Positions 63,836-64,000 of a stretch of 64,000 nt of DNA are shown in pieces. The notes below the pieces were generated by a model. It saw only the letters and a list, made by a program, of their open reading frames with translations. It ran no database searches and was not told the DNA's origin. The stretch is from Nageia nagi (lineage: Eukaryota; Plantae; Pinophyta). Each line of letters begins with the position of its first letter. The stretch's first letter is position 1. The stretch is taken from positions 121,334,001 through 121,398,000 of the forward strand of contig JBITNC010000001.1 in the NCBI GenBank assembly GCA_050084985.1, written 5' to 3'. Position numbers and translations under genes: made by a program.

Positions 63836-64000
63836 CTTGTGATTATACACAATTAATGGGTTTCAAACTTGGATCTTCAACATGAAAATTGAATGTTTTT
63901 ACCATTATACCACAATATCAATAACAAAATGTATAGTAGTCATGTCAAATTTATTTGTTTCAAAAAAAATTTAGTGTGATTACCCTATCCAAAAATTTGT

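Overview
AT-rich, strongly CpG-depleted nuclear DNA from a large-genome land plant. A gymnosperm is a reasonable guess from the repeat landscape, but that is inference. I found no intact protein-coding gene; the window is a pseudogene and retroelement graveyard. It holds: (i) three broken L-type lectin receptor kinase (LecRK) paralog pieces, disrupted by a 3'-truncated Copia element and a gag-only Gypsy-type LTR element (TR-GAG-like); (ii) a frameshifted R2R3-MYB subgroup-9 (MYB17-like) pseudogene with an internally deleted Copia element in intron 1, plus a collapsed paralog in which upstream DNA is fused to the 3' end; (iii) a 10-exon serine carboxypeptidase-like pseudogene with a solo LTR; (iv) an isolated BRR2/U5-200K helicase fragment and PLS-PPR fragments; (v) decayed LINE, Gypsy and Copia remnants and a ~70-bp tandem array. 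I found no convincing novel biological system. The most interesting signals are rearrangement junctions, the gene-fragment mosaic at 27-30 kb, and unusual LTR architecture. Identities and translations outside the ORF track were read by eye.
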